A DNA stretch of 62,228 nt, the filler included, from Circinaria calcarea (lineage: Eukaryota): the NCBI GenBank assembly GCA_051942165.1. It is 23 parts of 23 records of this genome, joined end to end, with 100 filler letters (N's around TTAATTAATTAA, not from the genome) between each part and the next. Parts side by side here need not be neighbours in the genome. Positions count along the whole stretch, not along the records: positions 59,627 to 62,228 come from JAVECS010003401.1; 22 more parts are not named here. One strand, given 5' to 3'. Positions 62,182 to 62,228 of this stretch are shown here, one piece after another. A program made the position numbers and the translations under genes. How positions within the stretch are numbered: the stretch's first letter is position 1; every line of letters starts with the position of its first letter. A model generated the notes under the pieces. The model was not told the origin of the DNA and made no database searches. It was given only the letters and a program-made list of their open reading frames with translations.

Positions 62182-62228
62182 CCAAGCGGGCCCTTCTCTC
62201 CAAGAGATCTTTTCGAATCTCAGAGCAC
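62130..62228. repeat. Perfect 47-bp fold-back inverted repeat at the contig end (probable artefact)
   Basis: Arms 62130-62176 and 62182-62228 are exact reverse complements, loop CCACC; overlaps the HIUase CDS. Confidence 0.92.

Overview
This window is not one locus. It is 23 unrelated contigs of about 2.60-2.62 kb, sorted by decreasing length (2618 to 2602 nt) and joined by an artificial 100-nt spacer (N44-TTAATTAATTAA-N44, stops in all six frames), so adjacency across spacers means nothing. Most contigs carry intron-containing filamentous-ascomycete genes, mostly partial: HMT1, RTC1/WDR24, CSC1/OSCA, NIP7, SRP72, EBP, a QDE-1-type RdRP, a DUF1749 hydrolase, pantothenate kinase, DOHH, RPA12, SCC2, a GMC oxidoreductase, RMD8, BLOS1, VPS39, prolidase, KRE9, SnoaL-like, PhyH, a sedolisin, GDE1, an FAD monooxygenase, two P450s and HIUase. 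One contig is green-algal rDNA (18S-ITS1-5.8S-ITS2-28S start) that looks like Trebouxia, so the source is most likely a lichen (meta)genome (inference). I see no demonstrable large novel system. The best leads are genes the ORF track misses or truncates: a complete 4-exon Tse2-like ADP-ribosyltransferase-domain gene between BLOS1 and VPS39, two small Cys-rich peptide genes and two NLR-type N-terminal domains. A small TIR-bounded repeat shared by two contigs and a TTAGGG-containing hairpin inside a 23-bp minisatellite are also worth checking. All family assignments come from hand translation and motif recognition; no database search was run.
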